IMG/VR virus record: IMGVR_UViG_3300038560_000034
Coordinates: 1-51,861 of that record
DNA from: a virus
Lineage: Duplodnaviria; Caudoviricetes
Reading direction: 5' to 3' (one strand)
DNA: 51,861 nt
The translations under genes were made by a program, and so were the position numbers. The notes below the pieces were generated by a model that worked only from the letters and a program-made list of their open reading frames with translations, had not been told where the DNA came from and made no database searches. Position 1 is the stretch's first letter. Each line of letters begins with the position of its first letter. This document shows, piece after piece, positions 38,731 through 47,650 of the stretch.

Positions 38731-39842
38731 TTCTTCGCCACCTTCTTAGCGTTGTATGCGGTCTTGAGCGTTTCGAGGTAGTCAACGAAGTCGCGCAGGT
38801 ACGCGAGCGGCAGCGCCTTGCTCGATTCGTCGCCGTGCTTCACGTCGGCGTAAAACTGCCCGTAGCGTTGGCGCATGATGAACCGGCGGCGCTCGTCGGG
38901 CATCTTGATCTCGGTCGCGAGGATGCCCATACGCTGACGCAGCGCCTTCTTCTGCCGCTCCTCGGCTTCAGGGTCAGGCTCGGGCTCGGGATGAAAGACC
39001 GCGCTTGTCGCCTCAACCGGCGCGGCTTCGGTTTGGCTACTTGCCGCAGAAGGCACTGAGGCTTCATCCGCGGAGGAGGCAACGTCTTCGGGCGGCGGTC
39101 CTTGCTGCGCGAGGTTGCTGAACATCGAGTTCTCGGCGGCGTCGAGTGCGGCGATAATCTTACCTAGTGCCGTTGGCGTTAGGCGGCCTTGAACGAGCAG
39201 GCCGTGTTCGTCTGCCCACGCAGTCAGAAGATCGCGTGTAGGCCCGGGAATGGCCCCTAGCGCGTGAGCGCGGGCGATGGCGTCCGCGAGGGCGTCGGGT
39301 CCCGGAGGCGGAGGCAGCGCGGGCTGCGAGGCAACGTCCTTCTTGGCTTTGGCCGGGATCGTCTCCATCTCGGTTTCGTCCAGCATCCCAAGGCCGGCAA
39401 TCGAAAGCGTGACCCGGCGCTTGGCCTTCGTTTCGGCCTTCATCAGCGCGTTCGCCAGGGACTCTCCCTTGAGGTTCCCGATGGGCACGGCACCGATCGA
39501 CTCGTCCACGCGTCCACTCGGCATAGCCGCCTGCGCGGTTACGACGTAGCAGTCCGCAACGTGCTCGCGGGCCACGATCTCGACCGAGATGCCGTGCTTC
39601 TTGCGAAGCTGCTCCGTGCAGTCCTTACGGGCGTAGAGCGTGAGCTTGCCGGAAAGCATGATGTACTCGAAGGGCCGCGTCAGGGGATTCAGGCCGAGCG
39701 AGGAGCAGATGGCGGCGTACAGGTTCGTGCGCTCGTCCTGCGAGAGTTGTGAGAGGTCCCCGGCGAGCAAGGCTAGCTCGCGGGGGCTGACGCCGTATTC
39801 CTCGGCCAGCGAGGCTTGGGGCTTAGCGGGCAGCGCGGTCAT
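38727..39842 (-). CDS. Single-strand annealing protein (RecT/Red-beta-like)
   Basis: LGLNPL...LTLYA...NALMKAETKAKRR..L; adjacent to the exonuclease. Confidence 0.7.
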   Translation of the reverse strand: MTALPAKPQASLAEEYGVSPRELALLAGDLSQLSQDERTNLYAAICSSLGLNPLTRPFEYIMLSGKLTLYARKDCTEQLRKKHGISVEIVAREHVADCYVVTAQAAMPSGRVDESIGAVPIGNLKGESLANALMKAETKAKRRVTLSIAGLGMLDETEMETIPAKAKKDVASQPALPPPPGPDALADAIARAHALGAIPGPTRDLLTAWADEHGLLVQGRLTPTALGKIIAALDAAENSMFSNLAQQGPPPEDVASSADEASVPSAASSQTEAAPVEATSAVFHPEPEPDPEAEERQKKALRQRMGILATEIKMPDERRRFIMRQRYGQFYADVKHGDESSKALPLAYLRDFVDYLETLKTAYNAKKVAKK

Positions 39843-40612
39843 GGTATCTCCTGTTCATATCGTGGGTTCCGCTCGCACAGGTGGAAGCGGCAGTAGTCGC
39901 ACTCGTTGTAGGGGGCGATGGTCTGCGGCTTGGGCTCCGCGGGCGGCAGTGGCATCTCTGGGCCCGTTAACTCTACGACCTCTCGGGCAAGCGATTCGAT
40001 CAGCGCGCGGTGCGCCTGGGGGTCAACGTCGTGCGCGACCTCCTCGTGCCCACGGTCGCCAATCCCGGCGTGTTTCACTAGGACGACAGCCCGATCTACC
40101 TTGAGCGCGAGGGCATTCGTAGCCGCCTGAATCGCGTGATGCGTTGAGACTTCCTTAGGTTGCCCGGCGCGCTCGCGGTCGCTCTTGGGGTACGTTGCCC
40201 CGCCGTCCGTGGTTTTGCACTCCACAAGGAAGGCGTTGTCCACGAAAATGTCAGGGTGGATAATGTCGATACCGAAGGCTGATACGACGAAGTTCTTCGG
40301 GTCGTGGATGACCTTGTGCCCGGCATCGCGGAGCGTCTGGGCGACTTCCTTCTCGTAGCCGTGCCCGATGGCAAACTTCGCAAGCTCGCGGGGGCTGTAC
40401 GGCTCTGGCTTCACGCCCCGGCGGCGGTACGCGACGGCGCGCAGGCAGGTTGTGAGGTCGGAGCCGTGGGTGAAAAGCTCGTCGCCACGCGGGATCGACC
40501 GCTGCTCGAAAAGCGTGCGGAGGAGTGCTTGTCCAGCCGGGCCCGTACGCGCCTTGTACTCAGCGATGATTTCGGCTTCTTCCTCAGGGCTCACGCCGAC
40601 GTAGTCGCTCAT
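39839..40612 (-). CDS. PD-(D/E)XK exonuclease, Cas4/AddB-like
   Basis: SDLTTCLR, GHGYE, PD...ECK, Q motif, C-terminal CDYCRFHLC. Confidence 0.8.
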   Translation of the reverse strand: MSDYVGVSPEEEAEIIAEYKARTGPAGQALLRTLFEQRSIPRGDELFTHGSDLTTCLRAVAYRRRGVKPEPYSPRELAKFAIGHGYEKEVAQTLRDAGHKVIHDPKNFVVSAFGIDIIHPDIFVDNAFLVECKTTDGGATYPKSDRERAGQPKEVSTHHAIQAATNALALKVDRAVVLVKHAGIGDRGHEEVAHDVDPQAHRALIESLAREVVELTGPEMPLPPAEPKPQTIAPYNECDYCRFHLCERNPRYEQEIP

Positions 40613-40797
40613 AGACGCACGTCCGGATGGTACGCAGGCGCATTAAAGCGCGCGTCCATCGTCAGATACCACTGCTTGCGCGTCGCCATCGGTGCGTTCC
40701 CGAGGTGTTGCTTGAGCAAGTTCCATTCGCCGCTCAAAAGGCAGTCCACGATCACACGGGCTTGCGCGACGGCTGGGAGAGCTTCAACGGAATCCAT
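40609..40797 (-). CDS. Hypothetical protein
   Basis: AGGAG RBS; first gene of the leftward operon. Confidence 0.65.
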   Translation of the reverse strand: MDSVEALPAVAQARVIVDCLLSGEWNLLKQHLGNAPMATRKQWYLTMDARFNAPAYHPDVRL

Positions 40798-40919
40798 TTT
40801 ACGCTCCTAGAAGTAGGTGTGAGGTCGGGCGGGAGGCTCGGCGCAAGGCTGTTGGTTTCTCAACCCCCGGCGTCTGCCTTCCCGCCCATTGGTCGCTGGC
40901 GGCTCCTCGCCACACCCTC

Positions 40920-40948
40920 ACTATACACGGTGTCGTACACAAAGTCAA
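40920..40948 (-). promoter_or_regulatory. Sigma70 promoter, leftward
   Basis: TTGACT-N17-TATAGT. Confidence 0.8.
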
Positions 40949-40966
40949 GTAATGTCGGACGAGGGA

Positions 40967-40995
40967 TTGACACTACCGCAGCGTTCATGTACGAT
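40967..40995 (+). promoter_or_regulatory. Sigma70 promoter, rightward
   Basis: TTGACA-N17-TACGAT. Confidence 0.8.
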
Positions 40996-41003
40996 ACCGG
41001 CAG

Positions 41004-41159
41004 ATGCTAACGAACGCTGAGAAGCTAGAGCGCGCCAGAACCAAAGCGAAAGCCGAGGGGAAATGTATGCGCTGCCGTAAGCGCAAGGCCCGTCCTAAGC
41101 GGACGACTTGCCGGGTATGCTTCACACAACGAAGAGAGCGAAATGGCAAAGCAGACTAA
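41004..41159 (+). CDS. 51-aa basic C4 zinc-finger protein (not in ORF track)
   Basis: KAKAEGKCMRCRKRKARPKRTTCRVC; ATG 8 nt after the -10. Confidence 0.7.
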   Translation: MLTNAEKLERARTKAKAEGKCMRCRKRKARPKRTTCRVCFTQRRERNGKAD

Positions 41160-41457
41160 GGCCGAGAAGAAAAAGGCAAAGGAACAGAAGCGACTTGGGA
41201 AGCTCGCGTGTCCGAAGTGCTCGCACCCTGTGAGCGACCACGGATACGCTCGGAGCCTTAATTGGTTGGAGTTGGCGATGTACGAACCCACCCGTCACTT
41301 GTGTATTGGCAAGATCGAGTCGCGGGACGAGAAGGGCTTCATTCGCCTTGCGGCCTGTGACTGCGACATGAAACCAGACGAAGCCGCTGCGAACGCAGCG
41401 CGTGGTATTAAACCTGCGCCTTTGGACGCCGACGCCTTGCTTCGGGAGTTGAAGTGA
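41143..41457 (+). CDS. Hypothetical Cys/His-rich protein
   Basis: CPKCSH...H...C...CDC. Confidence 0.65.
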   Translation: MAKQTKAEKKKAKEQKRLGKLACPKCSHPVSDHGYARSLNWLELAMYEPTRHLCIGKIESRDEKGFIRLAACDCDMKPDEAAANAARGIKPAPLDADALLRELK

Positions 41458-41705
41458 TTCAGGCGGATTTATTCCAGGGCGATGCTCGCGAGATTCCTGG
41501 GCCTCGCCTTGCGAAGCAGCTTGCGAACGTCGCCTTCGTCATGGTGGACGGGCAAGAGCGAACACTCCGCACGATCGCCGCGCTTGCAGGCTGCGAGACG
41601 CAATCCGCCTCGGCACGGCTACGCGAATTGCGCAATAAGCACGGCTGGACGATCTTGCGCGACCGGCGCGAAGGGCTCGTCTTCTACAAGGGAATCGCGC
41701 CGTGA
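41454..41705 (+). CDS. Winged-HTH protein
   Basis: DGQERTLRTIAALAGCETQSASARLRELR. Confidence 0.7.
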   Translation: MIQADLFQGDAREIPGPRLAKQLANVAFVMVDGQERTLRTIAALAGCETQSASARLRELRNKHGWTILRDRREGLVFYKGIAP

Positions 41706-41854
41706 AAGACGGAGCGAGCAAGACGACGACGTGCGGGACGTGCTGGGGCACGTTCACGGGCCGAACGCCCAAAGAAGCCGCGGACTTGCTCAAGCAGCAC
41801 TACGCCGCGCTACATCCCACGAAGAAGCTTGCCGAGAAACGGAAGGCGCTGTGA
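41702..41854 (+). CDS. Small C2H2-like protein (not in ORF track)
   Basis: CGTC...F........L..H....H; GTGA/TGATG coupling. Confidence 0.55.
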   Translation: MKDGASKTTTCGTCWGTFTGRTPKEAADLLKQHYAALHPTKKLAEKRKAL

Positions 41855-42735
41855 TGAACGATTTAATCATGTCTTTTGTTGGCGATCTGCGCCGACGTAA
41901 CCGGACGCCAAAAACACAGGAAGCGTACCGCCGCGATCTCGTTCAGTTTGCCGCCTGGCTGGGAACCGATATCAAGGACGCCACCAAGAAGAACCTTCGG
42001 GATTTCACGTCTTATCTGCTTGTCGAGAAGAGCTATCGAGTCGTTACGGCGCGACGTTCTCTTACGACATTGCGGATGTTCTACAACTTCCTGCGCCGTG
42101 AGGAAATCCGCGAAGTAAACCCGGCGCTCGATGTCGAGTTTCCGAAGCCTGAGCAACGGAAGCCGAAAGTGCTACGCATTCCCGAAGTGGCGTCGATCCT
42201 GTCGGCACGTTCGGATGGGCACAACTCAATCCGAGACAACGCCATCATGGAGGTGCTCTACGGCAGCGGACTTCGGCGCGCAGAACTTTCAGGACTAACT
42301 CTCGATGACGTAGATTTCGTGCAGCGCGCGGCAGTCGTTACTGGCAAAGGGAATAAACGCAGAGTCGTTCCACTGACGGAAGCCTCAATCAACGCGATGA
42401 AGGTTTACCTGCACGCTCGCCCGATGGTTGAGTGCCGCGCGTTCTTCCTCAGTAACCGTAAAGGCGAACTCGGAGGCCGACAAGTCTGGAAGATCGCTAA
42501 GAGCGCGTCCATTCGCGGCGGCGTTCCGAAGGCCAGCACCCATGCGTTTCGACACAGTTTCGCGACACACTTACTTGAAGGCGGCGCCGATCTGAGCACC
42601 GTGCAGAGATTCCTTGGGCACGCGAACATCACGACGACGCAAGTCTACATCGACCAAACCGTCGAGCACCTAAAAGAGCAATTCACTATGGCGTCGATGC
42701 GCGACAAGGCTGGTTTTTTGGAGCGCGGCAAATGA
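41854..42735 (+). CDS. XerC/XerD-like tyrosine recombinase
   Basis: RD.AI...LYGSGLRRAEL, GKGNKRR, HAFRHSFATHLLEGGADL..VQ..LGH....TTQVY. Confidence 0.95.
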   Translation: MNDLIMSFVGDLRRRNRTPKTQEAYRRDLVQFAAWLGTDIKDATKKNLRDFTSYLLVEKSYRVVTARRSLTTLRMFYNFLRREEIREVNPALDVEFPKPEQRKPKVLRIPEVASILSARSDGHNSIRDNAIMEVLYGSGLRRAELSGLTLDDVDFVQRAAVVTGKGNKRRVVPLTEASINAMKVYLHARPMVECRAFFLSNRKGELGGRQVWKIAKSASIRGGVPKASTHAFRHSFATHLLEGGADLSTVQRFLGHANITTTQVYIDQTVEHLKEQFTMASMRDKAGFLERGK

Positions 42736-42766
42736 GCAATCAAGCACTATTTCTGGAGGTAGTCGC

Positions 42767-43201
42767 GTGAGCGAGAAAACTTGGGCCGAGTTGATGCAAT
42801 TATCGGATCACTATCTCGCGCTCGGCATGACCACGATCTATCTGGGCAGTAAGTGGGACGCAACGCTCGATTGGAGCAAATGCGTTGACGTTGAAGGCGG
42901 CGGAACGCATCGCCTTGAGATGTCAACGAGCGTCCGCTTTTTGTTCCGCGACAAAGGGCTCGAAGCGAGTTGGTATCTGGAACTTGAAGATCGCACGTCC
43001 AATGGGCATGGTCATTATCAGATCGACTTGCCGGCGATCCAAAAGGTTCTTCCGTTGCTGCCGCCCGGCATTCGAGCCAAGCTAAATGTCATGCTGCTCG
43101 AAGGCGCGGACAAGATCGAGAAAAGCGCGGTTGAGTACCAAGCGATTGCGGCCCGTGAATACGGAACCGTCGCGGCGCTGCGAAGCCTCGCGCGTGAATA
43201 G
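42767..43201 (+). CDS. Hypothetical protein
   Basis: GGAGGT RBS. Confidence 0.7.
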   Translation: MSEKTWAELMQLSDHYLALGMTTIYLGSKWDATLDWSKCVDVEGGGTHRLEMSTSVRFLFRDKGLEASWYLELEDRTSNGHGHYQIDLPAIQKVLPLLPPGIRAKLNVMLLEGADKIEKSAVEYQAIAAREYGTVAALRSLARE

Positions 43202-43243
43202 CCTCAAACCGTTGTTGCCTGCTTTAAGGAGCACCTAAAGAAA

Positions 43244-44452
43244 ATGCAAGTATTCCAGGACGGTGGACGCCCGATCAAAGCGTGGATCGACGGCGTTGAA
43301 CTAGAAGATTCGGCTCGCGCTCAACTTGTGGCCGTATCGAAATTGCCGTTCATCTTCCAGCACGTCGCGGTGATGCCCGACGTTCACTGGGGCGTGGGCG
43401 CAACGATTGGCTCCGTGATCGCAACGCAAGGCGCGGTGATCCCGGCAGCGGTGGGCGTGGACCTCGGATGCGGTATGATCGCGCAGCGAACCTCGCTGAC
43501 GGCTTCGCAACTGCCCGATGACCTCGGACCCTTGCGCTCGGCTATTGAGGCCGCTATCCCCCACGGACGCACCGACAACGGGCGCGAGAACGATCGTGGA
43601 GCGTGGGGCGATGTGCCGGCGCATATCCAGGACCGTATCTTCGGCAACCTCTCGGCGTACGCACCGGGGCAAGTCCTCGAATCGGATCGCCGGGTATCGC
43701 AGGCCACCCGTCAACTCGGAACGCTCGGAACCGGCAACCACTTCGTTGAGGTCTGCTTGGACGAGGAGCAGCGCGTTTGGGTGATGCTCCATTCCGGCTC
43801 GCGCGGCATCGGCAACGCGCTTGCGTCCGAGTTCATCGCTCGCGCCAAGGCGACGGCGGCGAAGTATTTCTACGAGTCCAGCCTGCCGGATAAAGACCTC
43901 GCGTGGTTGCCGGAAAACACGCCCGACTTCAAAGAGTACGTCGAAGCGGTTGAATGGGCGCAGGCGTACGCGATGGTCAACCGCGAGATCATGATGGACG
44001 CGGCGCTGAAGGCGCTCTCGGGCATCGGTCCGTTCGAGGTTGACGACACGGCGGTCAACTGCCACCACAACTACCTCTCGCGGGAGAAGCACTTCGGCAA
44101 GAGCGTTCTCGTCACACGCAAAGGGGCCGTAAGCGCCCGTGAAGGCCAGCTAGGGATCATCCCAGGTTCGATGGGCGCGAAGTCGTTCATCGTGCGCGGG
44201 AAGGGCAACCGTGACTCGTTCCATTCATGCTCGCACGGTGCTGGCCGCCGCATGGGCCGCAATGAAGCGAAGAAGCGGATCACGATGGAGCGGTTCGCTG
44301 AAACGATGGCGGGCGTCGAGTCGCGCCGGGATGCCGAGGTGTTGGACGAAGCGCCCGATGCCTACAAAGACATTGACGCGGTGATCGCGGCGCAAGCCGA
44401 TTTGATCGACGTGGTTCACACGTTGAAGCAAGTCGTCTGCGTGAAGGGATAG
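43244..44452 (+). CDS. rtcB: RtcB RNA ligase
   Basis: MPDVH, GVDLGCG, GTLGTGNHF, HSGSRG, HHNY, RKGA, PGSMG, SHGAGR, DEAP.AYK. Confidence 0.97.
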   Translation: MQVFQDGGRPIKAWIDGVELEDSARAQLVAVSKLPFIFQHVAVMPDVHWGVGATIGSVIATQGAVIPAAVGVDLGCGMIAQRTSLTASQLPDDLGPLRSAIEAAIPHGRTDNGRENDRGAWGDVPAHIQDRIFGNLSAYAPGQVLESDRRVSQATRQLGTLGTGNHFVEVCLDEEQRVWVMLHSGSRGIGNALASEFIARAKATAAKYFYESSLPDKDLAWLPENTPDFKEYVEAVEWAQAYAMVNREIMMDAALKALSGIGPFEVDDTAVNCHHNYLSREKHFGKSVLVTRKGAVSAREGQLGIIPGSMGAKSFIVRGKGNRDSFHSCSHGAGRRMGRNEAKKRITMERFAETMAGVESRRDAEVLDEAPDAYKDIDAVIAAQADLIDVVHTLKQVVCVKG

Positions 44453-44459
44453 CCTGAAA

Positions 44460-44861
44460 GTGGAATACGATGTTTTAAGGGACGCCTCACAGCGCATCCC
44501 GGAATCTGAATGGAAGTGGTACGGCCACGTTGCCCATTTCATCTGCGGCGCTCGTTGCCGCTTTCACCTCGCTACGGAGATCGGCAAGTATCTCGTATCG
44601 ACGGTTGGCGAAATGCCGCCGACCAGGGACGCCTACTCGGACACGTTCGAGGACATTGGGCTCGGGCGAAAATACGAGACGATGGTATTCGAAGTCGGTG
44701 GGCATTGCGTCGAAGCTGAGTGTGGCCAGTGCGGGCTACCGCACCCGGACTCGTACAGCGAGCTTGATGCGGACGGCTACAACGATGCCGGCGCAGCCAC
44801 GCGCGGCCACTATGCAATGTGCGAACGCGCGGCAACCGGCAAGGTCGGTCGCGATGAATGA
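44460..44861 (+). CDS. Hypothetical protein
   Basis: HF.C...CRFHL; YETMVF motif seen in phage early proteins. Confidence 0.65.
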   Translation: MEYDVLRDASQRIPESEWKWYGHVAHFICGARCRFHLATEIGKYLVSTVGEMPPTRDAYSDTFEDIGLGRKYETMVFEVGGHCVEAECGQCGLPHPDSYSELDADGYNDAGAATRGHYAMCERAATGKVGRDE

Positions 44862-44904
44862 GTACGGTATATTCCTTTACTGACATACTGAAAGAGAGAT
44901 TCTA

Positions 44905-45321
44905 ATGGACTACGTTATCCACAAGATGCGCTGGGTCGTTCTTTCGACCGCCGCCATCGTTCTAATCATCGCGATCTTCTTCGGGCTTGCTTTTGCAACG
45001 CAATCGTATGGCCGCTGGAACGTCCTGCAAGACGCGCAGAATCAAGTCCAGGTCAACGACATTATGATCGCGCAAACGCGGCAGCTTGTCGAAGTGCAGA
45101 AGCAGAAAGCGCAAATCAAGGTCGCCGAAGCGCAGGGTATCGCGCAAGCGCAAGCCATCATCAACGGCACCTTGACGCCTCTCTACTTACAGCACGAAGC
45201 CATCGAAGCGCAGTTGCAGGCTGCACAGAACTCGTCGCATACCGAAACGATTTACGTGCCGTCAGGCCCGCAGGGAATCCCGATGGTGTTCGGCCAGACG
45301 CACCAAAGCGCACCGAAATAG
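44905..45321 (+). CDS. Membrane protein resembling the SPFH/band-7 C-terminal region
   Basis: TM helix, then KVAEAQGIA.A..II.GTLTP.YLQ...IYVP. Confidence 0.6.
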   Translation: MDYVIHKMRWVVLSTAAIVLIIAIFFGLAFATQSYGRWNVLQDAQNQVQVNDIMIAQTRQLVEVQKQKAQIKVAEAQGIAQAQAIINGTLTPLYLQHEAIEAQLQAAQNSSHTETIYVPSGPQGIPMVFGQTHQSAPK

Positions 45322-45352
45322 ATGGCATGAAACTGTCATATGGAGAGATCGC

Positions 45353-45739
45353 ATGAATGTTGGAGTGCCCGAGGTTCACGTTGATAGCACGCACCCATTC
45401 CATGCGCCGCTGCACAAGACACTCGTTCTGCTGCGAATCGCCAACGTATACTTCGTCATTGAGGGGATGGCTGGCAACGATAAGCCGGACCCAAACGAAC
45501 ACGGAGAATACTATTACACATTGCACACTTGTCCCGAGGACTACATCAAGGGCGTCGAAGCGATCGTTCAAGATGGGGACTTCGATCCGCACGGATGCTT
45601 CGAATACGTTCGCTCCATCTGGATGCCGCAACGCTACGCCGACGCGCAGAAGATCGTCGCGGAGCGGTCGTCAAATGCGATGGGCGAGCCGGTGCATGAC
45701 TTGCTTCGCGAACTCTTCCCAGAGTTAGATAACCAATAA
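45353..45739 (+). CDS. Hypothetical protein
   Basis: GGAG RBS. Confidence 0.65.
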   Translation: MNVGVPEVHVDSTHPFHAPLHKTLVLLRIANVYFVIEGMAGNDKPDPNEHGEYYYTLHTCPEDYIKGVEAIVQDGDFDPHGCFEYVRSIWMPQRYADAQKIVAERSSNAMGEPVHDLLRELFPELDNQ

Positions 45740-45749
45740 CGAGGATACG

Positions 45750-46082
45750 ATGATAACTGACGAGATGGTCGAGGCCGCCGACGCCGGAGCGAAAACGTAC
45801 CTCGCGGGTTTTGAGAATATCACGATCACATGCGGCACCGACAAGGGCGGCCTAGGAACCGGCCTGCTTCGTGCGATCCTCGAAGCCGCGTTACCCGTGG
45901 TGTTACGTGAAGGGTTTGAGCGCGGTGCTCAGTGGGCTGCGATGGACCTCGCGCATCGCGACGGAAACTTCTTCGTGATGATTTCGGAAGATGGTAGCCC
46001 GATGACAAAAGAGGAGCAGTCTCAGGCGATGACGCGGCACATAATCGAGTTATTCGTTCCGAAGCCGGAGGTCAAGAGTTGA
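45750..46082 (+). CDS. Hypothetical protein
   Basis: ITDEMVEAA...RAILEAAL motif; GAGGA RBS. Confidence 0.65.
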   Translation: MITDEMVEAADAGAKTYLAGFENITITCGTDKGGLGTGLLRAILEAALPVVLREGFERGAQWAAMDLAHRDGNFFVMISEDGSPMTKEEQSQAMTRHIIELFVPKPEVKS

Positions 46083-46357
46083 AAACAGTATTAGACGATT
46101 TTCCTAGAGGCGAACTATTCCGCTGGTGCTACGCGGCTGTGGTAGATGTGGCGAAGGGCTGTCTCGCTAAGGCCAACGCCGAACGTGAGGACCCCGCGCT
46201 ATGGCCTGCGGGGCAAGAATGGGACGGTCTCTCGGGTTCGAGCAAGTCCATCTTCATGCACCAAGCCCGTCTGAAGCTGGACATCCCCGACGAACCGTTT
46301 CTCGCGATCGTACGTAGTTGCGAGGTTGAGGGGCTAGACGAGATTTTCGGAACATGA
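46079..46357 (+). CDS. Hypothetical protein
   Basis: TTGA coupled; GGAGG. Confidence 0.6.
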   Translation: MKTVLDDFPRGELFRWCYAAVVDVAKGCLAKANAEREDPALWPAGQEWDGLSGSSKSIFMHQARLKLDIPDEPFLAIVRSCEVEGLDEIFGT

Positions 46358-46539
46358 AAGAACGATTATCTGATATGAGCCCGAAAGTAACCGTGTGCGA
46401 TGCGTGCCTCTGCGCGTCGTGCTGGCAGGGCGTCTTTTACTGCGGCCAATACCGCACCGCAGGAACGAAGCAAATGACGGTGACCGCCTTGCGCCGGTTG
46501 AAGCGCGAGCACGAATCGTATTGGAGCGCGAGCGAATGA
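46354..46539 (+). CDS. Small Cys-rich protein
   Basis: VCDACLCASCWQGVFYC. Confidence 0.6.
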   Translation: MKERLSDMSPKVTVCDACLCASCWQGVFYCGQYRTAGTKQMTVTALRRLKREHESYWSASE

Positions 46540-46718
46540 AGATGACGCTAGGCCAACTCATTGACGAAATCTGCGGCTCGAATACGGGCCTCGATTTGGG
46601 CGGTTTCGAGGATTACGAAGTCCGGGTCCCGCGCAACCCAGACGACTCTTTTGGTGAACCTGCTGAACTACTCGACGTAGACGCTGGCTCTAAAACCATC
46701 TGGATTGGTTTGTCATGA
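46536..46718 (+). CDS. Hypothetical protein
   Basis: MTLGQLIDEI start; ATGA coupled. Confidence 0.6.
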   Translation: MKMTLGQLIDEICGSNTGLDLGGFEDYEVRVPRNPDDSFGEPAELLDVDAGSKTIWIGLS

Positions 46719-46899
46719 AATTGCTGTTGACGTTGCTGTGCTAAATCTATTCCTCGTCAAAGAGGCCTTGGAATCGGTGCGTATCGAGACGGGTCACACG
46801 CTCACATTAAAGGACTACTTCATTGCCTTGGTAGTCGCTCAAGATAAGGCGCGGCGCAAGGCAAGACGAGATGCGAATACGATGAGGAGGCAAGCAATA

Positions 46900-47196
46900 A
46901 TGCCAGCCCATGAATGCACGGAGCTTTGCAGGCATCAAGGGGGCGGACCCCTTCGCGAAATGGACGCGATCCTAGCTATGTCGATTACTACGCAATGGCA
47001 AGCGGACGCTTATCGTAGGGCGCTCGAAATATGGGATCACAATCATCCTCCCGTTCATAAGTGGCCGTTGCCCAATGAACTATGTCGGTGTACTCACGCG
47101 CACACTTCTCACCGCGACGAGCATTTTGAATGCAGTGAGCCTGGGTGCGAATGTCCGCTAATGAACCCACCTGGCGCGTTTGGAAAGAAACGATGA
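46900..47196 (+). CDS. Cys/His-rich hypothetical protein
   Basis: GAGGAGG RBS; CRCTH...H...C..PGCEC. Confidence 0.55.
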   Translation: MPAHECTELCRHQGGGPLREMDAILAMSITTQWQADAYRRALEIWDHNHPPVHKWPLPNELCRCTHAHTSHRDEHFECSEPGCECPLMNPPGAFGKKR

Positions 47197-47420
47197 ACGA
47201 ACTCTTGATTCAAATAGGTATGTGGTTCTTAGGAATCGGAGGCTTTTGCCATATAGAAGTCTACAACGACGCTTCGGGCAGTGTCAGGCGCGTCGATGCT
47301 TCCCGCGAGGCGAATCGCAAATGCTCAGTGTGCGGCGCACTCGTTTGTGGGTTTCATGGCAGAGCTAAACCGAACTACAAAGACGTAAAGTGCCCAGACT
47401 GTCGTGAGAAGAAGCGATGA
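47193..47420 (+). CDS. Small zinc-finger protein
   Basis: CSVCG..VC..H...CPDC. Confidence 0.55.
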   Translation: MNELLIQIGMWFLGIGGFCHIEVYNDASGSVRRVDASREANRKCSVCGALVCGFHGRAKPNYKDVKCPDCREKKR

Positions 47421-47650
47421 AAGAACGATTTAAGGTTAAAGTCACGTCTCCAGACGTTGAGCATGGGTTCCTAAACGCGCAGGTCGTTCCGGACCACGAA
47501 CATGGCGCGCAACACGGCGAAGACTGGAGCGTTAATTGCGGATGCTGCTTGACTTGTTACGGCGATTGTGAAGATGGTTGCGAGCCTGCGTTGATGCTAG
47601 CGTGTTGTAGGGAGGCTGTTAAAGTGCTCACGATAAACCATGAACCATAG
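47417..47650 (+). CDS. Cys-rich hypothetical protein
   Basis: ATGA coupled. Confidence 0.55.
   Translation: MKERFKVKVTSPDVEHGFLNAQVVPDHEHGAQHGEDWSVNCGCCLTCYGDCEDGCEPALMLACCREAVKVLTINHEP

Noticed and set aside
39839-40612. CRISPR-Cas locus
   Set aside because: Only a Cas4-like nuclease; I saw no repeat-spacer array or other cas genes.
41482-41853. N-terminal extension of the recombinase in the ORF track
   Set aside because: The region is better explained by two small coupled genes in other frames; Xer similarity starts at 41854.
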